Position numbers and translations under genes: made by a program. A stretch of 64,000 bases of DNA. Origin: an uncultured delta proteobacterium. GTDB lineage: Bacteria; Desulfobacterota; Desulfobacteria; Desulfobacterales; QNYZ01. This document shows positions 19,296 through 30,925 of this stretch, one piece after another. The stretch spans positions 288,001 through 352,000 of the forward strand of contig CAWJQU010000001.1 in NCBI GenBank assembly GCA_963845145.1, written 5' to 3'. How positions within the stretch are numbered: the first letter of the stretch is position 1; every line of letters starts with the position of its first letter. The notes beneath the pieces are model-generated. The model saw nothing but the letters and a program-made list of their open reading frames with translations. It was not told the origin of the DNA and ran no database searches.

Positions 19296-20559
19296 TGAAG
19301 TTTCCCCCTTTAAAAATGTCTTTGATTGTCTCTACCAATCCATCGATAGGAAGGGACTGTTGGTTTTTGGTCGCCATATCTCGCAAAATGACCTCGTCTT
19401 GGGCCAGTTCGCTCTCTCCCACAATCATCACGTAGCTTGCGTTGAGCCGGTTGGCCCGCTTCATCTGGCTCTTTAAGCTTTTGTCGGCAAAGGCCATATC
19501 CGTGTAAATACCGGCACGGTTGAGATCGCATGACCATTCAAAAGCCAAGCGACGGCTTTCCTCTCCCAAAGCGGCGATATAAACCTGCGGCCCGTTGTTA
19601 GCAGGCGGGTTTTTACCAAGGGCCACCTCTGCCAACCGATCAAACCCGATGGCAAAGCCAATGGCGGGAATATCCGGCCCACCCAGCTCGCTGACCAGGT
19701 GGTCATACCGCCCCCCGCCGGCGATCGCACTTTGGGCACCCAGGGACCCGGTCTGAATTTCAAAGGTCGTACGGGTATAGTAGTCAAGACCGCGAACCAG
19801 TCTTTTATCGATCTTATAGGGCACACCCTGGCGGTCGAGCAATTCCAGCACCGTATTAAAATGGTCGCGACAGGCATCGCACAGATGATCAATCAGTTCC
19901 GGCGCATCGGCCATAGCCGCCCGGCAGGTCGGTACCTTGCAATCCAGAACGCGTAACGGATTTCGATCTTTTCGCCGCCTGCAATCCGTGCATAGCTGGT
20001 CGGTTTTACCGGAGATAAATGCGTCTAAGACTTTTTTGAATCCCGGACGGCACTCGGGGCATCCCAAGGAGTTCACATGTGCTTTAATATCATCGATTTT
20101 CAAACGGTCGAATAATACGGTCAGCATAATGATCAACTGAGCGTCGACATACGGGGCGGCAACCCCGAACACTTCGGCATTGATCTGATAAAACTGACGG
20201 TAGCGACCTTTTTGGGGTCTTTCCCGGCGAAACATGGGACCAATGGTGTAAAGCTTGTGGACCGGGTCGGGGGCGTACATTTTGTGCTGAATGTAGGCCC
20301 GGACCACCGATGCGGTGGCCTCCGGCCGCAGCGTCAACAGATCCCCTTTGCGATCGGCAAAGGTGTACATCTCCTTTTCAACGATATCGGTGCTCTCGCC
20401 GATACTTCGGGCAAACAATTCGGTTCGCTCCATAATCGGGATACGAATTTCACGAAATCCGAAATTTTCAAAAATATCGGCGGTGTTTTTCTCGATGAGC
20501 TGCCACAACTCAATTTCGCTTGGCAGAATATCTTTAAACCCTCTAATTAACTGAATCAT
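19279..20559 (-). CDS. hisS: Histidine--tRNA ligase
   Basis: LRPEATA, FRRERPQKGRYRQF, LVRGLDYY, GGGRYD. Confidence 0.98.
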   Translation of the reverse strand: MIQLIRGFKDILPSEIELWQLIEKNTADIFENFGFREIRIPIMERTELFARSIGESTDIVEKEMYTFADRKGDLLTLRPEATASVVRAYIQHKMYAPDPVHKLYTIGPMFRRERPQKGRYRQFYQINAEVFGVAAPYVDAQLIIMLTVLFDRLKIDDIKAHVNSLGCPECRPGFKKVLDAFISGKTDQLCTDCRRRKDRNPLRVLDCKVPTCRAAMADAPELIDHLCDACRDHFNTVLELLDRQGVPYKIDKRLVRGLDYYTRTTFEIQTGSLGAQSAIAGGGRYDHLVSELGGPDIPAIGFAIGFDRLAEVALGKNPPANNGPQVYIAALGEESRRLAFEWSCDLNRAGIYTDMAFADKSLKSQMKRANRLNASYVMIVGESELAQDEVILRDMATKNQQSLPIDGLVETIKDIFKGGNFIDGST

Positions 20560-20729
20560 GGGTAAATCCGTTTTTTAGTACAACTCTCAATATTAATAGC
20601 AAAACTAGAATAAATATTCGAATCGAGATTATCAGTCAATATAAATATGGTTATCTAAATGTGGAAAAAGTAACCCCGATTGAGCCAATACCCAATCGGG
20701 GCCATTAATCAGACGAATAGCAATGAAAG

Positions 20730-23700
20730 CTATATTTTGAATAGTTGCAGCGGGGAGTCCCCCAACCGTGCATTGGCCGCTTTTAACGCGTCTTCGCCGG
20801 ATATGATCACCACGGCGTTTTTCCCGGATACTCCGGTAAAATATTTGTCCGCCGCGGCCCGAACGTCTTCACGGGATAGTTTAAGAAGGGCCTGTTTAAA
20901 TGCAAGCCGTTTTTCATCCGTCAGCGCCACCAAAGACCTGAAGAAAGCCTTGCGGGCGCCCGCTCCGGGTGGGTCGGGCTTGTCTATATCGGCGCAAACC
21001 TGCAAAACCGCTTCATTGATATCTTCATCGGTATAATCACCGGATCGAATATAATCGGCCGCCCCTTTGAAAGCCTCCAGTGTGGCGACGATATGGGGGT
21101 CACGATAGGAGGCCATGGCAAAAGTGCCGTTTTCCGAATTATAGGCGGCAAATCCCCCGTAGGCGCCCCCCTTTTCCCGAATTTCCCGATGCAGATACAA
21201 AGAACGCAGCATTCTGGCGATAATGGCCAAAGTCGGTGCATCGGTATGCCCCATTCGAACGGTTTGGAACGTTTTAGCAACAAAAGAAACAGCCGTGGAC
21301 GTATACCAGCCTTCCTGCGGCAAGGTCTCGGGCAAGGCCACTTTAGGAGCATCAAAACCATGCTCATCCTTGTCCGGTAAAAACTGGGAAAGCCACGCCT
21401 CCAAACGATTCGAAGCCGATAAGATCGCCGTTTCTTCGCCGATCAGGGCCGTTTTCATGTTCGCCGCCCGAAACACCGCTTTTTGAATTCGGGATAGTTT
21501 ACCGGCCAGATCCTCCAAATCGCCATCATCTATTTTTTCGGATAATTGTTTGATGGTCTGAAGCTGATGAATACCGCCGAAAGCCTCGTTTAGCCAGGTT
21601 GTGGGGGAATAGACCCGCGAGGCCAGGGAGATGGCCAATTGGTGCCCATTTTGAACGACCATGCTTTCAAGGCCGGCCCGATACTCTAAGAGCAAAAGTT
21701 TTAATCGCTTAACATCCGAGAAATCCCCGTCGACTAGTAGTTCGCCAAAGATATCGAGCATGGCCTCCTGGTTTCGCCCCAGACACTTGCCGCCCACATG
21801 AAGCAGCGGCAAACAGGCACCGGTATCATCAAATCGGGTTCGAGCCTGAACACTCAAACCAACGCCACCGGTATACCGATCTATTCGTCGGGCCATGGCC
21901 ACATAGTCCCTTTTTCGCGTCCCCATCTTGGTCAAGGTATGGCAGAAAAAGGGCAGATACCCGACAAGTTCACTGTCGAGATGGCTGAGTCCCGCAGCGA
22001 TGATATGGTAAAAAATGCCGGATGTCGATTTGATGTAGCTGGCGCTGCTTAGGTCTTTATCAACTTTTGTCGGCTTCACTTGTGCTAAATCGGGTGGGAT
22101 ATCGCTACGCGCCAAGGTCGGCAACACCGAGACATCTTCAATCGTTGCCTGCCTTTCGGCCAGGGCTTTGGTATCACGATTAATTTTGTCTTTATCGACG
22201 TTGGACAGACGGTCGCGCAGAGTGTTAAGGGCGTTCGCTTCCTGTTCGGCCGCGCGCTTGGACATCTCTTTATCAGGCGCCAATACAAATCGAACTCGGT
22301 GAGGATTGTTTAGAAACAGGGCCTTGATTTTGTCTTCAAAAAATGGCCCTTTGGATACCAACCGGCGAATTTCGGCCATGTCTTCGTCAAATCGAAGAAT
22401 CCGTTCGGGATCGCCGCCGTGAAACCAGGTCGATGACAAGCCCAATAACAATTTCAAGCCATAGGGAAAGGGTGTGTTTGATATCTCACGACGATGGAAT
22501 TCGATCTGATGAATGGCCGATTCAATTAAATCAGGCTCAATACCATTTTCAACCAGATCATTCAGGCATTCAGATATGAGGCTTTCAATCCGTTCGGCAT
22601 CATCTTCTTTGACGTCCTTTAAGCCGCAGGCAAAAAAGATATCCCGATTGTCCGTATCCAATCCGGTGCCATCGCTCAACGCCGATCCGATGCCGGACTC
22701 GATCAGCGTTTTTCTGAGGGGAGAGGCCGGATTGCCCAAAAGAATTTGCTCCAGCAAGGTTAACGCAAGCACCTCGAAAGTATCCTGAATATCTGCCGTC
22801 AACCAGGCCATGCACGCCTGGTATTTGCTATGGGCGTCTTCATTTTCCGCCAAAGGGTAGGTGTAAGTGGCCTGCCGGGGGGACGCCCAGCGCGGCTGGC
22901 TGGGAACTTCGGTACCCGGGTCGATTTTTTCGAAGCGTTGTAATATGTGTTCGTCAATAAATGCCAGTTGCTCCACTAAGGGCATATCGCCATAAGTAAA
23001 AAAGAAGGCATTGCTGGGATGGTAGTGCCGACGATGAAATGCCACCAATTGTTCATGGGTCAGTGAAGGAATGTCAGCCGGGTCACCACCCGAGTTGAAA
23101 CGATAGGTGGTATCCGGATAGAGCGCGTTCAAAAGGCTGCGTACCATCACCTGGTCCGGTGAGGACATGGCCCCCTTCATTTCGTTGAAGACGACGCCCT
23201 TGTAGACCAAGTCATCCGTATATTCCGGGTCATCCGTCGGCTGACCCTGTTCCGAAGCCTCAAATTCAACCCGATGCCCCTCCTGCTTAAAACTTAATTC
23301 ATCGATATTGGGAAAAAAGGCCGCATCCAGGTAGACATCCATCAGGTTTTTAAAATCTTTACGATTTTGGGTAGCAAAGGGGTACATGGTCCAGTCCGAC
23401 GCGGTAAACGCATTCATAAATGTGCTGAGACTCCTTTTGAGCATTGAAAAAAAAGGGTCCCGCACGGGGAACCGGCCCGACCCGCATAAGGCGGTATGCT
23501 CCAGGATATGCGCAACCCCGGTGGCGTCCTGGGGCACTGTTTTAAAGGCCACTCCAAATACGTTCTCGGGGTCCGACCGGCTGATGTGAATGTAGCGTGC
23601 GCCTGTCTTTTCATGAATCAGCTCGTAGAAAAACCCATCGATGAGGTCCAGGGCTACTGTGCGTTGAAGCGTAAATCCGGCGTATTGATGGTCGGTTTTA

Positions 23701-23750
23701 AGGTCAGTGTTATTAGGGTCGGACAGGTTAGCGTCGGGGGTGTTTTTCAT
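20730..23750 (-). CDS. M16C presequence-protease/insulinase-family metallopeptidase
   Basis: HILEH inverted zincin, FMNAFT, YKGVVFNEMKG, IREKGGAYGG, SYRDP. Confidence 0.95.
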   Translation of the reverse strand: MKNTPDANLSDPNNTDLKTDHQYAGFTLQRTVALDLIDGFFYELIHEKTGARYIHISRSDPENVFGVAFKTVPQDATGVAHILEHTALCGSGRFPVRDPFFSMLKRSLSTFMNAFTASDWTMYPFATQNRKDFKNLMDVYLDAAFFPNIDELSFKQEGHRVEFEASEQGQPTDDPEYTDDLVYKGVVFNEMKGAMSSPDQVMVRSLLNALYPDTTYRFNSGGDPADIPSLTHEQLVAFHRRHYHPSNAFFFTYGDMPLVEQLAFIDEHILQRFEKIDPGTEVPSQPRWASPRQATYTYPLAENEDAHSKYQACMAWLTADIQDTFEVLALTLLEQILLGNPASPLRKTLIESGIGSALSDGTGLDTDNRDIFFACGLKDVKEDDAERIESLISECLNDLVENGIEPDLIESAIHQIEFHRREISNTPFPYGLKLLLGLSSTWFHGGDPERILRFDEDMAEIRRLVSKGPFFEDKIKALFLNNPHRVRFVLAPDKEMSKRAAEQEANALNTLRDRLSNVDKDKINRDTKALAERQATIEDVSVLPTLARSDIPPDLAQVKPTKVDKDLSSASYIKSTSGIFYHIIAAGLSHLDSELVGYLPFFCHTLTKMGTRKRDYVAMARRIDRYTGGVGLSVQARTRFDDTGACLPLLHVGGKCLGRNQEAMLDIFGELLVDGDFSDVKRLKLLLLEYRAGLESMVVQNGHQLAISLASRVYSPTTWLNEAFGGIHQLQTIKQLSEKIDDGDLEDLAGKLSRIQKAVFRAANMKTALIGEETAILSASNRLEAWLSQFLPDKDEHGFDAPKVALPETLPQEGWYTSTAVSFVAKTFQTVRMGHTDAPTLAIIARMLRSLYLHREIREKGGAYGGFAAYNSENGTFAMASYRDPHIVATLEAFKGAADYIRSGDYTDEDINEAVLQVCADIDKPDPPGAGARKAFFRSLVALTDEKRLAFKQALLKLSREDVRAAADKYFTGVSGKNAVVIISGEDALKAANARLGDSPLQLFKI

Positions 23751-23782
23751 AATTTCTTCCTGATAAGTAATTAAAAAAAGAC

Positions 23783-24169
23783 TCAGATCGCAACATAAAT
23801 CCCGCGTCGTTTGCGCGCGATTTTTTCCGTCTTATCCAAGCGGTAAATAATGTTACGAATCTTTTTACTCTCAAAACCGGTAACCGTCTGAATATCCCCA
23901 AATCCGGCACCTTGAGGGTGGCTGCGAATAACATCAAGCACCATCTCCGTCGCGGTAACCACTGACCTTTCAACCGTCCCTCCCCCACTTGCCGCCCCAG
24001 CCTGCGATGGACGCCCGCTAAATGCAGTCCTGGATCGAATCAATTTTTCCAACCGTTCCAGTCGGGCATTCAGTTTATCCACATCCTTGCGCGTCGGGAT
24101 GTTGTAGTGGCGGATGAAGAACTTAACCATTGCGTCAAAGCTAACAGGTTTACTTTTTCGTCTGGCCAT
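23783..24169 (-). CDS. Hypothetical protein with a coiled-coil N-terminus and a probable winged-HTH C-terminus
   Basis: AGGAGG RBS before ATG 24169; VLDVIR..GAGFGDIQ..TG...KIRNIIYRL..RGIY. Confidence 0.7.
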   Translation of the reverse strand: MARRKSKPVSFDAMVKFFIRHYNIPTRKDVDKLNARLERLEKLIRSRTAFSGRPSQAGAASGGGTVERSVVTATEMVLDVIRSHPQGAGFGDIQTVTGFESKKIRNIIYRLDKTEKIARKRRGIYVAI

Positions 24170-24361
24170 GATTCCCTCCTTCGTTGATCGTACCCACAAA
24201 AAATGCCAATATCTCACTATTAGGCATCATCTAAGGGCAAGTCAAGACAATGGTGTTGATTTACTAGGAATATATCCATGGCTATATTCCAACTATTTGA
24301 TTATCCAAAAAAAACGTGTTAAAAGCGAAACCTTTATTTACTTCTACCGAAAGTGGTTGCA

Positions 24362-25228
24362 ATGACTTCTCCCCGAACCTTGCTAAACGGTTGGCAAATC
24401 AATGCTAAAAAGCAATTGGGTCAGCATTTTCTGCGACATGCGAACGTCGCGGAAAAGATCATCACCGGTGCCCGAATTAATCCGATGACATTGTTCTCGA
24501 GATTGGGGCCGGGCTCGGCGCCCTGACGATACCGCTGGCACGGGAAGCGCGCCGAGTATACGCGGTGGAAACCGACCGGCGAATTACCGGCCTGCTGAAA
24601 ACGGAAATAGCTGCGGCGGGGATCTACAATGTCCGCATCATCGAAAAGGATATTTTAAAACTTCGAGATTTCCGATATCGCCGAAGAGGCGGGCGGGCGT
24701 CTGGTCGCCATGGGGAATTTGCCCTACAATATTTCATCCCAGGTATTGATTCGCTTAATCATGGCACGACATTGGATTGACAGAGCAGTACTGATGTTTC
24801 AAAAAGAATTGGCCGACAGGCTGATGGCGCCGCCGGGGACCAAAACGTACGGACGCATAACCGTGATGCTTGCTTATTGCGCCGGTTGTGGATCGGCTCT
24901 GCGACATCCCCGCTGAATCCTTTTATCCCCGACCCAAAGTTGATTCAACGGTCCTCCGGAAATCCTGTTTCGACAAACACCTCACAATAGTCACCCCGCG
25001 ATGAACCTTTGTTTTTCCGGGTTGTTCAAAGCCGGGTTCTCGCAACGGCGAAAAACGCTGAAAAATGCGCTTTCAAACGGAGTTTCAGGAACTACCATCA
25101 CGGAAACCGTCATCCAGGCCCTGACCACCGCCGATATCGACCCGATGCGACGAGCGGAAACACTCACCCCTGAAGAGTTTATTCGGTTGAGTGATTGTAT
25201 GCTATCGGTTAGCCAGTTAGCCCGTTAG
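24362..25228 (+). CDS. rsmA: 16S rRNA m6,2A dimethyltransferase RsmA/KsgA (several frameshifts)
   Basis: KKQLGQHFL, VLEIG.G, GNLPYNISS, MFQKE.A.R, F.PRPKVDS, FSQRRKTLKN, RAETL across frames. Confidence 0.92.
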
Positions 25229-25309
25229 CCCGTTAGCCGGTTTGCCGGTAATTCGGGAAGTTGATTCATATTGACGGACGAACCGGCTAACGGGCCAACC
25301 GGCAAACCG
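25206..25309. repeat. Inverted arrays of 8-nt repeats (C[C/G/A]GTT[A/T]GC) between convergent rsmA and gap-like genes
   Basis: cggttagc/cagttagc/ccgttagc/ccgttagc/cggtttgc, then complementary gctaacgg/gccaaccg/gcaaaccg. Confidence 0.8.
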
Positions 25310-25312
25310 TAA

Positions 25313-26569
25313 CTACAAATCCTCCGCCACACTAACCGTCCGATCGCCAAGCATATTCACGTAACCACCCAACTCGTTGTCATACCAACCATAAACCACC
25401 GCCTGAGTTACCGGTGCGCGGATAACGGTATTTTCCAGGCTACCCAACAGGTCCGAAGAAATACCGGGTATGTTGGCCAGATCAAGGGTCACCTCGGCCG
25501 TACGGGTGTGGGTTTCTTTACCCTCAATAATGGCGGCGGCTTTGGGCATTCCTACGATATCTCCGGAAACGTTTTGTTTTTCAGAAAAATGGAGGTACCC
25601 GTGGCCGTCAACTTTTTCAGCCTGCCGGTAAATGTCATTGATAAGTTCGCGACGAATGGGCGCGCCCTTTGGGTCGTCCTGAAGATTAACCACGAGAATA
25701 ATCAAAGAGCCGGTGGCAATGGGAATCCTGACCGATTCGGCGATAAACCCGATTTGTTCCATTTCGGGAATAACAAGACGAAGCGCGCGCGCAGCCCCCG
25801 TGGAGGTCAGGATAATATTGTTCATAATACTTCGATTTTTACGCAGATCCGTTTTACCGCTTTGGGGAAGTTTATCCAGGACCGCCTGGGAACTGGTGGC
25901 GGCATGTACGGTCGCCATGGATGCCGTCAGGATCCGCTTGGGTCCAAAGGCGTTTAACAAGGGCTTCATCATGTGCGCCAGACAGGTTGTCGTGCAAGAG
26001 GCGTTGGAGATTATTTTATGACGGCGGGGATCGTAAAGGCTGTCGTTTATCCCCATCACAGTGGTTACGGTATCTTCGGGCAGGAGATGATTGTTCTTTA
26101 ATTTAAACGGGGCCGACACGATCACTTTCTCAGCACCGGCATTCAAATGGCCTCGAATCCCCGGCGCGGCATCATCGTCGGAAGCCATGGGGTCGAGGAA
26201 CTGCCCCGTGGTATCGACGACCACCCGCACTTTTTCCTCCCGCCACCCGATATCAACCGGGTTTCGATGGGTTCTTAAATACTTGACCAAAACCCCGTTA
26301 ACGTCCATTGTCCCGGCGTCTTCATTCAGGTTGGCAATCACTGATTTGCCCCCACAACCGTTTAAAAACCAGCTTAACCGACCATAGGTTGAATCTCTTT
26401 CGATATAATGGGCGACATCCTCAAGGGAGGTTCCGGCCTCACGGCCGAGATTAACCACGATCTTTTTAAAAAATCGGCGCTGGATATGGTGCCATAAGGT
26501 TAATTTTCCGATTCGGCCTAACCCGTTTATCCCTAGTGGTAAATTGCCGGGGTTACTTTCAATGTTCAT
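25313..26569 (-). CDS. Divergent glyceraldehyde-3-phosphate dehydrogenase-family protein
   Basis: GINGLGRIG, DSTYG, NASCTTTCLA, VHA.T..Q, STGAA, WYDNE. Confidence 0.9.
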   Translation of the reverse strand: MNIESNPGNLPLGINGLGRIGKLTLWHHIQRRFFKKIVVNLGREAGTSLEDVAHYIERDSTYGRLSWFLNGCGGKSVIANLNEDAGTMDVNGVLVKYLRTHRNPVDIGWREEKVRVVVDTTGQFLDPMASDDDAAPGIRGHLNAGAEKVIVSAPFKLKNNHLLPEDTVTTVMGINDSLYDPRRHKIISNASCTTTCLAHMMKPLLNAFGPKRILTASMATVHAATSSQAVLDKLPQSGKTDLRKNRSIMNNIILTSTGAARALRLVIPEMEQIGFIAESVRIPIATGSLIILVVNLQDDPKGAPIRRELINDIYRQAEKVDGHGYLHFSEKQNVSGDIVGMPKAAAIIEGKETHTRTAEVTLDLANIPGISSDLLGSLENTVIRAPVTQAVVYGWYDNELGGYVNMLGDRTVSVAEDL

Positions 26570-26590
26570 TTTACAGCTCCTTTATTTCCT

Positions 26591-29500
26591 TCATTTTTTA
26601 TTTCGGGGACGGCTGATATCGTTCTGACGGCCCATGGTATTGGTCAGCTTTTCCGGGTTGGGCTCTTCTTTTATTTGAATACGACCTTGATAGACCGTCC
26701 CCGCCCTGCCGTCGATGGAAATATAATCGCCCGAATCGAGACGGATTTTACCAAATTGACACATTTTTTGATCTTCATCGCACACCAGGCTATCACAACC
26801 GACCACACAGGTTTTATCCAAGCGATGTGCAACCACCGCGGCATGCGAGGTCAGTCCGCCCCGGGCAGTCAAAAGGCCATCGGCCGCATTGACTTCCCGA
26901 ATGTCATCCGGAACCGTGTCGTATCGCAAGAGAATCAAGTCGGTATCCGGCTCTTTCCGGCGCCAGGTTTCGATCTCTTTCAGGTCAAAAACAATCCGGC
27001 CGCTCATAGCGCCGCCGCTTACACCGATACCGTTGCCGATATATATTTTTTGATGGAGATCATCCGCCACAAAAGCAAGGACACGCTTACGCGTTCGTAT
27101 GGCCATGTCTCTGGTTTGAAGCAGATATAATTGATCGGCTGTGGGTCCTTGGAAGGTAAACTCCATCTCCTGCGGACTCCACCCCCTGTGTTCGGTCAGC
27201 TCCACAGCCCAATTTTTCAAAGCCTCATAAATGGCGGGAAAATGGGTTTCGAGAATAATATCCGAATCCCGCATTTCAACATCCTGCTGGGTAATGGAAA
27301 TCGGTAGCGTACTCACCAGCCCGGAAACAACGTCTTCGCCCTGATTACCGATGGTGAAATCGCCCCAGAGCCTTAAGGTATCTCCCGACCAACGGGGATT
27401 GTGGGTGAAGACCACCCCGCTACCCGACTGCCGCGATCGATTTCCATAGACCATGGACTGCACGGTCACCGCGGTGCCCCAATCTTCGGAGATACCCATA
27501 ATTTCCCGATAGGCTCTCGCCCGCTTCGAGTACCACGATTCGAGCACATATTGAATGACCATGAACAGCTGGTCCATGGGGTCTTCGATGGCATCAAGGC
27601 TGAAACCGGCAGTTGCGATACTATCCTTATATTTCAAAGCCAGTTCTTTCATCTGCGCACCGGAAAGATACCGTTTGAGGGGTACGCCGACCTGGGATTT
27701 AACCCCGCGAATGATGGCGTCAAAGTGATCGCGCTCCATTCCCAGAGCCATTCCATAGCATTGCAAAAAACGGCGGTAGTTATCCCAGGCAAACCACGGG
27801 TTATTTGTCCGGTTGGACAAGCCCTCGGCAATCTCTTCATCCATCCCGACATTGAGAAAGGTGTTCATCATTCCCGGTTGGGAGATGGCCGCCCCGCTTC
27901 TGACGGAGAACAATAACGGTCTTTCAGGATCACCAAAGCGCCGGTTTGTCTTTGTTTCCAAGCGGTGAATGTGCTCAATCACCTGCTCGGCGAAATTGCG
28001 TTTAGCCGGCGGATAGGAGTTAATGATCTCCCATCCGCGAAATACTTCCGTGGTGATGATAAAACCGGGCGGCACCTGCATCCCGAACGCTTTTAATTTG
28101 ATAAGGCTGTATCCTTTAGCGCCTAGGTGGATGGCCCCCCGCGCATAGTCTCCTCCTGTTTCAATGTCGGTGATGGCCCGTTGATGGTCGAATAATAAGA
28201 GTTGGTGGACACGATTTTTAGGAAGCTCCTTGTATTGATGGAACAAGGTCCTTAAAATTCGCGTTAAAAAATTGTCCAGGGACTGAAGCCCCAGGGAAGT
28301 GGCCAGCCTGTCTCTGAAAAACTGTTCGGATATCTGTTGCCTCATGGTATCCGGGCCGGTTTGTTGGTCAACGGAAAAACGGTACTTGGGAAGCAGATCC
28401 GCGGAACTGAGTGTGTCAAAAATTTTTTCCAGATTCAGGTCATGCATATTATAGAAGCAATCGCTGAAAATATTTTTTACGGCCTGGCGAAAGCCTTTAA
28501 AAATGTCCAAATACTGGGTAAAGGTAAACCCCCTCTCTTCGAGCGAATGGGAGAGAAACGACAACTGGCGCTCAAACTCTTTAGTTGGAATACCATCTAT
28601 TGTAAGAGCCTGATTAAATAGAACAAATAAATCGTGAATACGGTAGAAGGTCGCCTTGGTTATCAGCGTCAGGTCGATATGATCAATCAGCGATTCGAAG
28701 AGAACGTTAACCATCGATTCAATTCGAAGCATGAGCCCCAGAGCATCGAACTTCAACTCATGATAACGCCCATACATAGATGGAATGTCTACTGTAAAAT
28801 GTCGTTTTTTATAAATATCTTCTTTGATCTCATACTGCTCAGAGGAAAGGATCAACGTCTGCAGGGATTTTCAGATAGTCAAGCAGCCCTCGCAGTTTTT
28901 TAATTTCCTTCTTTTCCGACAAGGCTTTATCGACCTGCTCGAGCCCGGGGAACCCTTCGGACCTGAGGTGTTCAATACGCCGTTCAACGCGCGCACCCCC
29001 CAGATTGTACTTTTGATCGAGCAGTTTATAAAACGATGCCATCAAACTGACGCGCTCAACATCTGATGCGGTCGAATTCGGGAGCTTCGGTCGCCCATTT
29101 CTCAAGCAGCGACGAATCGATTTCGAGAAGGGCTTCCGGAAGATCCAGACCCTTTTTTTTCAGTGCGATCATCCCGTGATGAACGCCATCAATGTAAAGC
29201 CCCGCGGTCTTGATTCGGGCAAATAAATCCGGAGGAAGCAACTCCTCCAGAGAGGTTTTGTCTTGGGTATGCCAAAATTGAATAACGCGTTTAATAAGGA
29301 TCAACGTTCGGTTACTGCTTTCAACATGACTTTGCTTACGCAAAAAATGGACCAGCTCATCCTTGCGATGGGTCATCTCATCCAGCCGGGTCGACACATC
29401 CCTTAATTCCCCCTCGGCGCCGATATCATGAAAAAAGACCGGAAAAAGTCTGACCAATTGCTTCACCAGATTAAACACCGGATTGATATCGCTGTTTAAA

Positions 29501-30852
29501 AGCGCAGTGACATCGCGAAAAAAGAGATCGGTATCCCTGATGAAAGTGCCCGACAATGATAAATGGATAATCAGGCCGGACAAGAGCCGGGCCGACCATT
29601 TCGGATTAAGCTCAATGATGGTCAACCAGGTCCGAATGTTTTGAACATGTGTCGCGTTTGCTTTGATTTGCCAGTCTTCGCCGATACCGCCGAGCTTCGG
29701 GCTCTCAAAACCCAGGGCAATGATATTGTCGATAAAAAAATTGACCAGATCCCGCTCGTCGGTTTTGTGGACGCCTTGTCCCATATTCAAAATACAGCTC
29801 AAAGCCGTAACGGGAAACTGACGATTCCGTGTTTTGAGAATCGTGAAAGTTTCTTTCAGCAGGCGGCGAACATTGCGGGCGGGCTCATAGTTAATCAACC
29901 AGCTTAACGTCCGGTTGATTTCCCTTAGCACCTCTTCGTGGATCGTCGACAACCCCGAAAGGTTCATAATATGAAATAAAAAAAGGACTTTCCAGTGATG
30001 ACCGAAACCCTTTTCTTTACCGGCCGAAAGCAGTTTCTCGGGGACCTGCCGATAGGCATCAACAATTTGCGCATAACCCGGCAAAGCAATAAGTGTCTCA
30101 AGCAGGGACCGATCCATGCGGACACGCGCATGGGTGATTTGGTCTAGTTGCACGACCCATTGGTCGATTCGTTCTTTGGTAATCTCGCTAAACCAGCCCT
30201 TGTTGCAGGAAATGGCCGGCATATTTTCCACTTTTCTTTCAAACCATGCCCGGGGATCATCTTCGGAAAGCCAATAGGCATAGGTTTGACGATAATACCG
30301 AATCGTCAACCGATTGATACTCTCAAAATCGATATCCTTCCCAACCGATAATGACAGAAGTGATTCAGCTAGGCGTTTAATCTGATAATAACTTTTTATA
30401 AAAAGAAAAAAATCATCATCAGGCATCTCGACGATACGATCGAAAGCGGTATTAATCACCGTTTGAAATTTGGGTAGGCTGTCGCCGCTGTCTTTGATGA
30501 TCTTCTGAAGAAAAAGGATTAAGTTATCAACCCCATCGGCTTTGGCTGAGGTATTATCCACCTTTTCAAGGGCTTCAATAAAAACACCGACCAACAAACC
30601 AGTGGCTTCAACGCCTTGGGGGTGATTAATAAATAGATGGAAATAATCGAGCGAATACCCCCTCAATTCCTTGATGATAAATGGCCAATTGCGATAGGGG
30701 TGGGAAAGCTCAATCAAAAAGGTATTAAAACCCTCCATAATACCGTAGTACTGAGACATAACCGATTGAAGCGGCGCATACTTTTCGGCAATGGAAACGT
30801 CAACCCGGTACCGATCAATATTGACTTTTAAGGCATCGGATTCAATGTTCAC
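26591..30852 (-). CDS. Large PPDK-like protein (~1400 aa; frameshifts near 29060 and 28850) with ATP-grasp and phospho-His domains and a long N-terminal region
   Basis: VPPGFII, PLLFSVRSGA..PGMM, GTAVTVQSMVYGN, QGEDVVSG, LLQTR, GGLTSHAAVVA; ORFs 29056..30852, 28839..29105 and 26591..28855 overlap end to end. Confidence 0.85.
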
Positions 30853-30870
30853 GTCATTTCTCCGTGACCG

Positions 30871-30925
30871 GCCATTCCTGTTTAAGGCCGTCCCTGTTTA
30901 AGGCCATCCCTGTCTAAGGGGACGG
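30871..30925. repeat. Three tandem 16-bp repeats upstream of the PPDK-like gene
   Basis: ccattcctgtttaagg / ccgtccctgtttaagg / ccatccctgtctaagg followed by ggacgg. Confidence 0.7.
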
